Assembly (NCBI GenBank): GCA_963739695.1
Contig: CAVUBB010000005.1
Span: 4,342-68,341, forward strand
Length of the DNA: 64,000 nucleotides
Direction of reading: 5' to 3'
From: an uncultured Pseudomonadota bacterium
Lineage (GTDB): Bacteria > Pseudomonadota > Gammaproteobacteria > Natronospirales > CAVUBB01
Below are positions 42,026 to 51,098 of the stretch, piece after piece (position 1 is the stretch's first letter; each line of letters opens with the position of its first letter). The notes below the pieces were generated by a model that ran no database searches, was not told where the DNA came from, and worked only from the letters and a program-made list of their open reading frames with translations. The translations under genes were made by a program, and so were the position numbers.

Positions 42026-42039
42026 TTGATATGCATCAA
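42026..42039. promoter_or_regulatory. perfect FNR/Dnr/NnrR-type box upstream of nirK
   Basis: TTGATatgcATCAA (consensus TTGAT-N4-ATCAA), centred about 135 nt upstream of the nirK ORF start. Confidence 0.7.
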
Positions 42040-42093
42040 TTCTTGATATTTAAATGACCGCTGATGTGGCCGCGCCCGCGCGCTGGCAGAGGT

Positions 42094-42825
42094 CTATTCC
42101 GAAGTCGTGGCGGGGGGCGGGGGGTGCATGGGCATGGGGCTGGAGAAGAGCGAAGACACCGGCATCGCCAGGGTCCATACCCCGAACACGACCAGCAAGG
42201 CGCCGGCCAGGCGGCGCAGCGAGCTTACGCGCGGGTTGCGGCTGAACGCACCGGCGGCCAGGCCCGCGCCCAGCATCGCCGGTAAAGTGCCCAGGCCGAA
42301 ACCGAGCATCACCTCGGCACCGGCCGCCGCGCCGCCACTCACCGCGGCGGCCGCGAGCAGGGTGTAGACGAGCCCGCAGGGCAGCCAGCCCCAGAGCATG
42401 CCCGCCGCCAGTGCCTGGCCCGGCGTGCGTGCGGGCAGGAGACGGCGGGCGAGCGGGGCGAGCCTGCGCCAGAAGTGCGCCCCCCAGCGCTCGAGCGCGC
42501 CCAGCCCGCGCCAGCGCGTGGCGAGCGTCAATCCGATAGCGATCATCACCAGCGCGGTGGCGATACGCAGCATCTCGGGCCACCCGTGCCAGCCGCCGGC
42601 ATGGCCGATGCCGGCACCGAGCGCACCCACCACGGCGCCCGCGATCATATAACTCAGGATACGGCCCAGATTGTGCAGCAGCGTGAAAGCCGCACTGCGC
42701 CTGCGCCCGGGCGCGGGGTCCACCTGCAGCGCGCCACTGATGCCGCCGCACATCCCCAGGCAATGGCCGCTGCCGAGAAAGCCCGCCGCAAGCGCGGCCA
42801 CGAAAGTTGCCGGCACGAGCGTCAT
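42094..42825 (-). CDS. TauE/SafE-like (DsbD_2-type) membrane protein, last gene of the cco maturation operon
   Basis: GSGHCLGMCGG motif, multiple TM segments, 4-nt overlap with ccoS. Confidence 0.75.
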   Translation of the reverse strand: MTLVPATFVAALAAGFLGSGHCLGMCGGISGALQVDPAPGRRRSAAFTLLHNLGRILSYMIAGAVVGALGAGIGHAGGWHGWPEMLRIATALVMIAIGLTLATRWRGLGALERWGAHFWRRLAPLARRLLPARTPGQALAAGMLWGWLPCGLVYTLLAAAAVSGGAAAGAEVMLGFGLGTLPAMLGAGLAAGAFSRNPRVSSLRRLAGALLVVFGVWTLAMPVSSLFSSPMPMHPPPPATTSE

Positions 42826-42995
42826 CGTTCGTTCTCGCCCGGCTTGGCAGCCGGCTTCTCGTCGTCCATGAGGATGCGCCAGGCCGGCGTCTCCAGATCG
42901 TCGAACTGGCCGCTGCCCACGGCCCAGAAGAACACGCCGATGGCGATGGCGAGCAGCACCAGGCCGAGTGGGATGAGCATGTAAAGCACGTTCAT
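42822..42995 (-). CDS. ccoS: cbb3 oxidase maturation protein CcoS
   Basis: 57 aa: MNVLYMLIPLGLVLLAIAIGVFFWAVGSGQFDDLETPAWRILMDDE. It is hidden inside the longer ORF 42822..43469 and overlaps the ccoI stop by 4 nt. Confidence 0.85.
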   Translation of the reverse strand: MNVLYMLIPLGLVLLAIAIGVFFWAVGSGQFDDLETPAWRILMDDEKPAAKPGENER

Positions 42996-45433
42996 CCCGC
43001 CACCTCGCGTGGCTGCAAGCGTTCCGCAGTGCGGGGCGGCGCCTCGGGCGTGCGCCCGGCGCGCAGCGCGTTGAGCACCACGATCAGCGAACTCGCCGAC
43101 ATGCCCACCGCCGCCATCCAGGGCTGGAGCAGGCCGCTTGCGGCCAGCGGGATCGCAACCAGATTGTAGCCCACGGCCCAGGCCAGGTTCTCGCGGATCA
43201 CACGCACCGTCTTTTTTGCCGTGCCGAGCGCGAGCGGCAGGCTTTCCAGGCGCTCGCTGAGCACGATCACATCGGCGCTGGTCTGCGCCAGCGCGCTGCC
43301 GCTGCCCATGGCGATTCCCACGTCCGCACCGGCCAGCACCGGCGCGTCGTTGACGCCGTCCCCGATCACGGTTACGCGCTTTTCCTGCGTCTGCAGCTCG
43401 CGCACCCAGGCAAGCTTTTCCGCGGGCGCGAGTCGCGCGCGGCCCTCGGCGATATTCAGGCGCGAACACACGGCGGCCACGGCGCGCGGCGCATCGCCGC
43501 TGGCAACCAGAACCTCAAGTCCGGCGCGTTCCAGCGTCTGCACGGCTGCCTTCGCCTGTGGGCGCAACGGATCTTCCAGGGTGAAACGCGCGACCGGGCC
43601 TGCAGCATCGGCCAGGACCACGCCGGCGTCGTGCATCACCGGGCGCAGGTAGAACTCGGCGCAGAACGCGGGCGCGCCGATGCGCCAGCGCGTGCCGCCC
43701 ACCGTACCCTCGATGCCGCGCCCGCGGTGAAAGACCACCTCGGTTGCGGGCGCCGGCGCCACGTCGGGCGCGAGAAAGGCCTGCGCCAGCGGGTGTTCGG
43801 AATCGCGCTCGAGCGCGGCGGCGATGCCGCGCGCGCGTTCTTCGTCCATGTCCGGGCGCAGTATCTGCACGCCGGTGATGCCCGGGCGTCCGCGCGTGAG
43901 CGTGCCCGTCTTGTCGAAGATCACTGTGTCGGTCCGGGCCAGCGTCTCCAATGCCGTGCCGCGTGTGATCAGCAGCCCGGCCCGCCCCAGTGCGCTGGTG
44001 GCGGCGGTGATCGCGGCGGGGGTGGCCAGCGAGAGCGCGCAGGGGCAGGTCACCACCAGCACCGCAAGCACGATGCGAAAGGCATCGAGCGGCGCGACGA
44101 AGTACCAGTAGGCGCCGATGCCTGCTGCCAGCACCAGCAGCACAGCCACGAACCAGTGCGCCGCGCGGTCGGCCAGTTGCGCCACCGGCGGACGTTCGGC
44201 CTGGGCGCGCGACATCAGCCGGCCGATGGCCGAGACCAGGGTCTCGCCGCCGATCCGTTCCACCAGCACTTCGATCGGTCCGCCGCGGTTGAGGCTGGCC
44301 GCATACACTTTGCTGCCGGGGCCGCGGCGCACGGGATCGGGTTCGCCGCTGAGCATGGATTCGTCCATGCGGCCGTCGCCACGCACGATGCGCCCGTCCG
44401 CGGGCACCTGTTCGCCGTAGCGCACGCGCACCGTATCGCCCGCTTCGAGTTCGGCCACTGTCACCGTCACCGCGGCGCCGTCATCCAGGCGCGTGGCGGT
44501 GCTCGGGTGCATGCGCACCAGGGCATCGGTCACCGCGCCGGCGCGGTGGCGCGCGAGCATCTCGGCGTAGCGTCCCAGCGAGAGGAAGAACACGAACATC
44601 ACCGCGGAATCGAAATACACCTCGCCCCGGCCCGCGAGCGTGGCCCACACGCTGGCCAGATACGCGCTGCCGATGGCGATGCTCACCGGCACATCCATAC
44701 CGGCCTGGCGGTGGCTGAGATCGCGCCAGGCACTGACGAAGAACGGGCGCCCGGCATAGAACACCACGGGGGTCGCCACCAGCAGGCTCACCAGGCGCAG
44801 GAACTGCGCCAGATGCGCGTCCATGCCCTGGAAGCTGCCGGCGTAGAGCGCCACGGCATACATCATCACCTGCATCATCCCCAGGCCTGCCACCGCCAGG
44901 CGCTTGAGTGCGGCGCGGCGTTCGTTCTGCGCGATGTCGGCCATACCGGCCGCCACCGGATGCGGGCGATAACCCAGCGCGCTGATGCGCGTGAGCAGGG
45001 CGCCCAGGCCGGTCTTGGCGTCGTCCCAGCGCAGGCGCGCGCGTCCGGTCGCCGGATTCACGCTGGCCTCCAGCACGCCGGGCACCGGGGCGAGGCTGTT
45101 CTCGATCAGCCAGGCACAGGCGGCGCAGTTGATGCCTTCGAGAACGAGGTCGGTCTCCGCGCTGCCGTCGGCATTGGCGCGTGCGAACCGTTTGCGCGCA
45201 TCGGCGCGGTCGAACACCTGCCATTCGGTGTCGGCAGCTTCCGGCTTCATCGCGGGGGCGGTACGAAAGCGGTAGAAATCTTCCAGCCCGGCGTCGGCCA
45301 CCAGCCGCGCGACCGCGGCGCAGCCATGGCAGCACATGGCGCGCTCGGCGCCGTCCAGCGTCACCGTGACCGGTGTGCCGCCGGGCAACGGTTCGCCGCA
45401 GTGATAGCACGCTTTTGGTGTATCCACAGACAT
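42992..45433 (-). CDS. ccoI: copper-translocating P1B-type ATPase CcoI/FixI
   Basis: Start MSVDTPKACYHCGEPLP...CCHGCAAV. CPC (VVTCPCALSLATP), DKTGTLT, GDGVNDAP. The upstream 157 aa of ORF 42992..45901 are read-through of ccoH in another frame. Confidence 0.9.
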   Translation of the reverse strand: MSVDTPKACYHCGEPLPGGTPVTVTLDGAERAMCCHGCAAVARLVADAGLEDFYRFRTAPAMKPEAADTEWQVFDRADARKRFARANADGSAETDLVLEGINCAACAWLIENSLAPVPGVLEASVNPATGRARLRWDDAKTGLGALLTRISALGYRPHPVAAGMADIAQNERRAALKRLAVAGLGMMQVMMYAVALYAGSFQGMDAHLAQFLRLVSLLVATPVVFYAGRPFFVSAWRDLSHRQAGMDVPVSIAIGSAYLASVWATLAGRGEVYFDSAVMFVFFLSLGRYAEMLARHRAGAVTDALVRMHPSTATRLDDGAAVTVTVAELEAGDTVRVRYGEQVPADGRIVRGDGRMDESMLSGEPDPVRRGPGSKVYAASLNRGGPIEVLVERIGGETLVSAIGRLMSRAQAERPPVAQLADRAAHWFVAVLLVLAAGIGAYWYFVAPLDAFRIVLAVLVVTCPCALSLATPAAITAATSALGRAGLLITRGTALETLARTDTVIFDKTGTLTRGRPGITGVQILRPDMDEERARGIAAALERDSEHPLAQAFLAPDVAPAPATEVVFHRGRGIEGTVGGTRWRIGAPAFCAEFYLRPVMHDAGVVLADAAGPVARFTLEDPLRPQAKAAVQTLERAGLEVLVASGDAPRAVAAVCSRLNIAEGRARLAPAEKLAWVRELQTQEKRVTVIGDGVNDAPVLAGADVGIAMGSGSALAQTSADVIVLSERLESLPLALGTAKKTVRVIRENLAWAVGYNLVAIPLAASGLLQPWMAAVGMSASSLIVVLNALRAGRTPEAPPRTAERLQPREVAG

Positions 45434-45957
45434 CAGCCGGGGCTCGGGCGCCAGGGCTTCAAGGCCACCGTTTGCGTGCCGGGCGCGATCTCGCCGGTGA
45501 GCCGCCAATGGCTGTCCTGCGGTTCCAGGCGCAGGCCCCAGCGCCCTTCCAGCGGCGCCTTGAAGCCGCCGTAGTAACGGCCGTCGGGGCCCACCGCCAG
45601 CTCCACCCGGCGGTCGAGCGCTTCTTGGGTGGGGTGGATCAGGCGCAGCTTCAGCGCGGGCTCGCGTGCCGCGGCCGGACCATGCAGCACCAGCGTCACG
45701 CGTCCGCCCGTACGGTCGAAAGAAAGATCGGCCGCAACGCCGAGTTTCGCCGCGGCTTGGTCGCGTTCGAACATCTGCTCGGTGGCCATGCCGATCTTGG
45801 CGTAGTCGCCCACCACCAGCGAATCGCGCGTCTTGATCGCGATCGCGAGCGTGGTCAGCCCCGCGATCACCGCACTGGTGGGCAGGATGATCAGGAACCA
45901 AGGCCAGAACTGGCGATACCAGGGGGTGACGTCGAGCTCGTCAGCGGGTACAGACAT
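45433..45957 (-). CDS. ccoH: CcoH/FixH
   Basis: 174 aa: PWYRQFWPWFLIILPTSAVIAGLTTLAIAI... FixH-type. Its TGA shares a base with the ccoI ATG (TGATG). Confidence 0.8.
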   Translation of the reverse strand: MSVPADELDVTPWYRQFWPWFLIILPTSAVIAGLTTLAIAIKTRDSLVVGDYAKIGMATEQMFERDQAAAKLGVAADLSFDRTGGRVTLVLHGPAAAREPALKLRLIHPTQEALDRRVELAVGPDGRYYGGFKAPLEGRWGLRLEPQDSHWRLTGEIAPGTQTVALKPWRPSPG

Positions 45958-45961
45958 CGTT

Positions 45962-47356
45962 CTACCTCGGCAGTGTCATCGGGGCCAGGAATTTGCCCGT
46001 CTCGTGCACGGATTGCTCCGGCGCATCTTCGGCGTGCAAGGTGAAGATGATGCTGTGCGGCCCACCCTTGGCTTCATCGGCGGGCACGCGCACGCGCACC
46101 GGGAGTGTGGCCACTTCGCCCGCATCCACTTCGGGCAGGCGGTCGTCCACGCTCAGCGTCGCGTGCGGGATCCCGGCCACGGTCAGCGTATACCGATGCG
46201 GCTTGATGTCCTTGTTCATGATCTTGAGCGTGTAGACGTTTTCGATGCGTCCGTCGTCGAGCACGCGATAGAGCGCGTTGCGATCGTGCAGCACATCCAC
46301 CGCCAGCAGGTTGCGCGTGGCCACCGAATAGACGAAGCCGCCCGCCAGCGCGAGCAGGATGGCGGCATACACCATCACCCGCGGGCGCAACACGCGCTTG
46401 CCCTTGCCGTCGAGCGCGTTCTGCGTGGTGTAGCGGATCAGCCCGCGCGGGTAATCCATCTTGTCCATCACGCTGTCGCACACGTCCACACAAGCCGCGC
46501 AGGCGATGCACTCGTATTGCAGGCCCTCGCGGATGTCGATGCCCGTGGGGCAGACCTGCACGCACATATTGCAGTCGATGCAATCGCCCTTGCCCGCGGT
46601 GCGCGGATCCACCCCGCGCTTGCGCCCGCCGCGCGGTTCGCCGCGGACTTCGTCATAGGAGATGATCAGCGTGTCACGGTCGAACATGGCGCTCTGAAAA
46701 CGCGCATAAGGACACATGTAGATGCATACCTGCTCGCGCAGGAAACCGGCGTTGCCATAGGTGGCGAAGCTGTAGAAGACGATCCAGAACGTCTCCCACG
46801 GCCCCAGCGAGAACTGGCTGATATGCGCCCACAGATCGCGCACCGGGCTGAAGAAACCCACGAAGGTGAAACCGGTGAACGCGGCGAACGCGATCCACAG
46901 CACCTGCTTCGAACCCTTGCGCAGGATCTTCTCGCGGTTCCACGGGCCGCGGTCGAGCTTCATGCGCTTGCCGCGGTCGCCCTCGGTGAGCCGTTCCATC
47001 CACAAAAACACTTCCGTCCACACCGTCTGCGGGCAGGCATAGCCGCACCACAAGCGCCCAGCCAGCGCGGTGAAGAAGAACAGGGAAAGCGCGGCGATGA
47101 TCAGCAGCAGCGCCAGATACACGAAATCCTGCGGCCACAGCACCAGGCCGAAGATGTAGAACTTGCGCGCGGGCAGGTCGAACAGCACCGCCTGGCGGCC
47201 GCTCCAGTTCACCCAGGGCAGGAAATAATAGAGGCCGAGCAGCGTCACCACCGCGAGATTGCGCAAGCTCTGGAAGCGACCCTTGATCTCGCGCGGATAG
47301 ACTTTCTCGCGCGCCGCGTACATCGAATCCACGACAGGCCCGGTCTCCGGCTTCAT
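45962..47356 (-). CDS. ccoG: CcoG/FixG 4Fe-4S accessory protein
   Basis: KVYPREIKGRFQSLRN, CGYACPQTVWTE, CIDCNMCVQVCPTGIDIR, CIACAACVDVCD. Confidence 0.9.
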   Translation of the reverse strand: MKPETGPVVDSMYAAREKVYPREIKGRFQSLRNLAVVTLLGLYYFLPWVNWSGRQAVLFDLPARKFYIFGLVLWPQDFVYLALLLIIAALSLFFFTALAGRLWCGYACPQTVWTEVFLWMERLTEGDRGKRMKLDRGPWNREKILRKGSKQVLWIAFAAFTGFTFVGFFSPVRDLWAHISQFSLGPWETFWIVFYSFATYGNAGFLREQVCIYMCPYARFQSAMFDRDTLIISYDEVRGEPRGGRKRGVDPRTAGKGDCIDCNMCVQVCPTGIDIREGLQYECIACAACVDVCDSVMDKMDYPRGLIRYTTQNALDGKGKRVLRPRVMVYAAILLALAGGFVYSVATRNLLAVDVLHDRNALYRVLDDGRIENVYTLKIMNKDIKPHRYTLTVAGIPHATLSVDDRLPEVDAGEVATLPVRVRVPADEAKGGPHSIIFTLHAEDAPEQSVHETGKFLAPMTLPR

Positions 47357-47658
47357 CGCGTGTCGTCTCCTTCTTCACCACGTCCGCTGTGCGCGGTGTA
47401 GAGCAAGATGATGGTCAATCCGCTGGTGGCCGCGGTGAGCAGCCAGAACAGCAGAAAGCCCAGCGTGTAACCCACCCCGCGCGTCAGATGCGCGGGGAAG
47501 GTCGCGGCATGGCCGAGAACCTGCGGGTCGAAGGCTGCGAAGAACAGCACACTGGCGAGGCCCGCGGTGAGGAAGGAGGGCCAGATGATGGCCCCCCACA
47601 TCAGCAGCTTGCCGCGGCGTCCGGCGAAGAGCGCCGGACAGCGCTCGACCGCGCTCAT
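47353..47658 (-). CDS. small hypothetical membrane protein between ccoP and ccoG
   Basis: 101 aa, 2-3 hydrophobic segments. ATGA-type 4-nt overlaps with both the ccoP stop and the ccoG start. Confidence 0.55.
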   Translation of the reverse strand: MSAVERCPALFAGRRGKLLMWGAIIWPSFLTAGLASVLFFAAFDPQVLGHAATFPAHLTRGVGYTLGFLLFWLLTAATSGLTIILLYTAHSGRGEEGDDTR

Positions 47659-48566
47659 CGCGACTGCTCCGCGCCCGCGCGGTGCGAGAGGCTGTACACG
47701 TAAGCGGCCAGCACATGCACCTTGTCAGGGCCCAGATTGTCGATCTGCGCCGGCATGTGTCCGCTGCGGCCCTTGGTCACCGTCTCGACGATGGTGTTCA
47801 GGCTCGAACCATAGAGCCAGATATCGTCGGTGAGATTCGGTGCGCCCACGGCCTGGTTGCCCTTGCCGTCAGGTCCGTGACACGCCGCGCAATAGGTGGC
47901 GAAGGTGATCTTGCCTTTGGCGGCCACATCCTTGGGTGCGTCGTAGCCCGCCAGCGTGCGCACGTAGGTGGCCACCTCGGTCACCTTCTCGCTGCCCAGC
48001 ACCGGGCCCCAGGTGGGCATCGCGCCCTGGCGGCCGTGCAGGATGGTCTGCTCGATGGTCTTGGGCTCGCCGCCGTAGAGCCAGTCGTTGTCGGTCAGGT
48101 TGGGAAAGCCCGGCGCGCCGCGCGCATCCGAGCCATGGCACATGGCGCAGTTGTTGGAAAACAGGTGCGCGCCCATCTCCAGCACCTGCGGATCCTTCGC
48201 CATCGCGGCGATATCCTGATCCTTGTACTGGGCGAAGATATCGCCGTATTGCTTGTCGGCCGCGGCCACTTCCGCCTTGTACTGACTCACCTCGGTCCAG
48301 CCCAGCAGGCCCTTGTAGCGGCCCAGCCCCGGGTAGAGCGCGAGATAGATCACGCCGAACACCACGGTGATGTAAAACAGATTGAGCCACCAGCGCGGCA
48401 ACGGGTTGTTGTACTCGCGCAGATCTTCGTCCCAGACGTGATCGGTGGTCTCGCCTGCGGCCTTCTCGCCGGGGCGGGGCTTGGCGGTCCAGCGCAGCAG
48501 CCACACACAGCCGCCGATGTTGGCGACCACCAGGATGACGATGTACCAGTTCCAGAAAGCGCTCAT
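47655..48566 (-). CDS. ccoP: cbb3 oxidase dihaem cytochrome c subunit CcoP
   Basis: N-terminal TM, two CxxCH sites (NCAMCHG, YCAACHG). Confidence 0.9.
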   Translation of the reverse strand: MSAFWNWYIVILVVANIGGCVWLLRWTAKPRPGEKAAGETTDHVWDEDLREYNNPLPRWWLNLFYITVVFGVIYLALYPGLGRYKGLLGWTEVSQYKAEVAAADKQYGDIFAQYKDQDIAAMAKDPQVLEMGAHLFSNNCAMCHGSDARGAPGFPNLTDNDWLYGGEPKTIEQTILHGRQGAMPTWGPVLGSEKVTEVATYVRTLAGYDAPKDVAAKGKITFATYCAACHGPDGKGNQAVGAPNLTDDIWLYGSSLNTIVETVTKGRSGHMPAQIDNLGPDKVHVLAAYVYSLSHRAGAEQSR

Positions 48567-48727
48567 GACTGACTTCCTTTTGGCTTTTCGATCTCGTCTT
48601 CGAGCGGCAGCTGTGCCGCCTCGTCGAAGTCATTCTTCCGCTTGCTGCTCCAGGCCCACACGACGATGCCCAGAAACAGCACGATAAGGATCGCGGTGAT
48701 GATCCCGCTGATGGTTGCCAGAGACAT
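48563..48727 (-). CDS. ccoQ: cbb3 oxidase small subunit CcoQ (below the ORF-track size cut-off)
   Basis: My translation: MSLATISGIITAILIVLFLGIVVWAWSSKRKNDFDEAAQLPLEDEIEKPKGSQS (54 aa). Its stop overlaps the ccoP ATG (ATGA). It lies 3 nt after the ccoO stop. Confidence 0.8.
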   Translation of the reverse strand: MSLATISGIITAILIVLFLGIVVWAWSSKRKNDFDEAAQLPLEDEIEKPKGSQS

Positions 48728-48730
48728 GGC

Positions 48731-49339
48731 CTACCTCCGGTCCTTGATGTCGGTGCCAAGACCCTGCAGATAAGCGATCAGCGCATCCAGCTCGGTCTTG
48801 CCTTTCACCGCCGCCGGCGCATCGGCGATCTGCTTGTCGGTGTAGGGGTCGCCCAGCCAGCGCAGCACCTTCATCTTCTTCTGCACCAGTTCGCCATCCA
48901 CCATGGTCTTGGCCAGCCAGGGGAAGGCGGGCATGTTGGATTCGGGCACCACATCGCGCGGGTTGTTCAGGTGCACGCGGTGCCACTCGTCCGAATAGCG
49001 CCCGCCCACGCGCGCCAGATCCGGTCCGGTGCGCTTGGAACCCCACTGGAACGGGCGGTCGTAGACGAATTCGCCGGCGATCGAGTAATGGCCGTAGCGC
49101 TCGGTCTCGGTGCGGAAGGGGCGGATCATCTGCGAGTGACACAGATAGCAGCCTTCGCGCACATAGATGTCGCGCCCGGCCAGGCGCAGCGCGGAATAGG
49201 GCTTGATGCCCGGCGCGGGCTGGGTGGTCTGCGCCGAATACATCAGCGGCACGATCTCCACCAGGCCGCCCACGCTGATAACCAGCGCGATCAGCGCCGC
49301 CATCAGGCCCACGTTTTTCTCAACGATCTCGTGTGACAT
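48731..49339 (-). CDS. ccoO: cbb3 oxidase monohaem subunit CcoO
   Basis: [13 protein letters not shown]...[15 protein letters not shown]...[22 protein letters not shown]. Confidence 0.9.
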   Translation of the reverse strand: MSHEIVEKNVGLMAALIALVISVGGLVEIVPLMYSAQTTQPAPGIKPYSALRLAGRDIYVREGCYLCHSQMIRPFRTETERYGHYSIAGEFVYDRPFQWGSKRTGPDLARVGGRYSDEWHRVHLNNPRDVVPESNMPAFPWLAKTMVDGELVQKKMKVLRWLGDPYTDKQIADAPAAVKGKTELDALIAYLQGLGTDIKDRR

Positions 49340-49349
49340 GGATCTCTCC

Positions 49350-50771
49350 TCAGGCGGCCTGGGCGGCGGGTTCGGCAACGGGCTCGGGTTCGGTGGTCAG
49401 CGTCTTGTAGACGTTGAACGCCATGATGAACATGCCGGTCAGGAACAGGATGCCGCCAAGCAGGCGCACGCCGTAATACGGGTAAGCCGCTTTCAGCGTC
49501 TCCACGAAGCTGTAGGTGAGCGTGCCGTCGGGGTTCACCGCGCGCCACATAAGGCCTTCCATCACGCCCGCGATCCACATCGAGGCGATATAGAGCACCA
49601 CACCGATTGTGGCCACCCAGAAATGCACGTCGATCAGCCTGATCGAATACATCTTCTCCTTGCCGAACAGTTTCGGGATCAGCGCATACATCGAACCGAT
49701 GGTGATGAACGCCACCCAGCCCAGTGCGCCGGAATGCACATGGCCGATGGTCCAGTCGGTGTAGTGGCTGAGCGCGTTCACCGTCTTGATCGACATCATC
49801 GGCCCTTCGAAGGTCGACATGCCGTAGAACGAGAGCGAGACGATCAGGAACTTCAGGATCGGGTCGGTGCGCAGCTTATGCCAGGCGCCCGAGAGCGTCA
49901 TGACGCCGTTGATCATGCCGCCCCAGCTCGGCGCCAGCAGGATCAGCGAGAACACCATGCCGAGTGATTGCACCCAGTCGGGCAGCGCCGAGTAGTGCAG
50001 GTGATGGGGGCCGGCCCACATGTAGATCGAGATCAGCGCCCAGAAATGCACCACCGAAAGCCGGTAGGAATAGATCGGGCGCCCGGCCTGCTTGGGCACG
50101 AAGTAATACATCATGCCGAGGAAGCCCGCGGTGAGGAAAAAGCCCACGGCGTTATGGCCGTACCACCACTGCACCATGGCATCCACCACCCCCGAATACA
50201 CCGGGTAGGATTTGGTCAGCGTCACCGGCACCGCGGCGGCGTTCACCACATGCAGCACCGCGATGGTGATGATGTAGGCGCCGTAGAACCAGTTCGCCAC
50301 GTAGATGTGCTTGACCTTGCGCTTGGCGATGGTGCCGAAGAAGACCACCGCATACACCACCCACACGATGGTGATCAGGATATCGATCGGCCATTCGGGC
50401 TCGGCGTATTCCTTGCTCTGGGTGATACCCAGCGGCAGGGTGATGGCCACCAGCACGATCACCGCCTGCCAGCCCCAGAAGGTGAAGGCGGCAAGGCGGT
50501 CGGATATCAGCCGCACCCCGCAGGTGCGCTGGACCACGTGATAGGAAGTGGCGAACAACCCGCAGCCGCCGAAAGCGAAGATCACCGCGTTGGTGTGCAG
50601 CGGGCGCAGGTGGCTGTAGGTGAACCACGGCGTGTCGAAGTTCAGCGCCGGCCAGATCAGCTGGGCAGCGATGATCACGCCGACGGTCATGCCCACCACG
50701 CCCCAGACAACCGTCATGATGGCGAATTGGCGGACGACCTTATCGTTATAGATCGGTGGTGATGTTTCCAT
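49350..50771 (-). CDS. ccoN: cbb3 oxidase catalytic subunit CcoN
   Basis: [28 protein letters not shown]...[15 protein letters not shown]...12-TM haem-copper oxidase pattern. Confidence 0.9.
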   Translation of the reverse strand: METSPPIYNDKVVRQFAIMTVVWGVVGMTVGVIIAAQLIWPALNFDTPWFTYSHLRPLHTNAVIFAFGGCGLFATSYHVVQRTCGVRLISDRLAAFTFWGWQAVIVLVAITLPLGITQSKEYAEPEWPIDILITIVWVVYAVVFFGTIAKRKVKHIYVANWFYGAYIITIAVLHVVNAAAVPVTLTKSYPVYSGVVDAMVQWWYGHNAVGFFLTAGFLGMMYYFVPKQAGRPIYSYRLSVVHFWALISIYMWAGPHHLHYSALPDWVQSLGMVFSLILLAPSWGGMINGVMTLSGAWHKLRTDPILKFLIVSLSFYGMSTFEGPMMSIKTVNALSHYTDWTIGHVHSGALGWVAFITIGSMYALIPKLFGKEKMYSIRLIDVHFWVATIGVVLYIASMWIAGVMEGLMWRAVNPDGTLTYSFVETLKAAYPYYGVRLLGGILFLTGMFIMAFNVYKTLTTEPEPVAEPAAQAA

Positions 50772-50862
50772 GATCTCCGGTCCTTTGTTCAGGCACAAAA
50801 ACCCCACTCCCGCCGGGCGGCGGGCTCGCAGAGCATTTTCCAAGGGGTGGGCAGACCCCGCA

Positions 50863-50876
50863 TTGACTCAGGTCAA
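50863..50876. promoter_or_regulatory. FNR-type box upstream of ccoN
   Basis: TTGACtcagGTCAA (palindromic, 1 mismatch per half-site to TTGAT-N4-ATCAA), centred about 98 nt upstream of the ccoN ATG. Confidence 0.6.
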
Positions 50877-51018
50877 CGAGGCATTGAGTACGGTCGGTCC
50901 AACGGTGTTGTACCCGCTGGTCCAAATGTGTGCGGGGGCCGCATCTGTGGGATTGCCACCCCGTATAGGGGGGCTTGACTGGGCCCGCTGCCGCGTCGCC
51001 CTTCGCAAGGCCCCCCAG

Positions 51019-51032
51019 TTGACTTGAATCAA
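51019..51032. promoter_or_regulatory. FNR-type box upstream of hemN
   Basis: TTGACttgaATCAA, centred about 73 nt upstream of the hemN ATG. Confidence 0.65.
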
Positions 51033-51098
51033 TGCGGGTGGTTTTGCGGAAGCCTATCTTCGCATCCAAGATTCGAACCACATTGGGATCGTGTACCG

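Noticed and set aside
45434-45901. N-terminal 156-aa extension of track ORF 42992..45901
   Set aside because: This part overlaps ccoH in another frame. The canonical CcoI N-terminus MSVDTPKACYHCGEP starts at 45433, coupled to the ccoH stop.
43631-47401. 647-aa and 522-aa plus-strand ORFs (43631..45574, 45833..47401)
   Set aside because: They lie antisense to ccoI, ccoH and ccoG, which carry unambiguous signatures (CPC, DKTGT, Fe-S Cys clusters).
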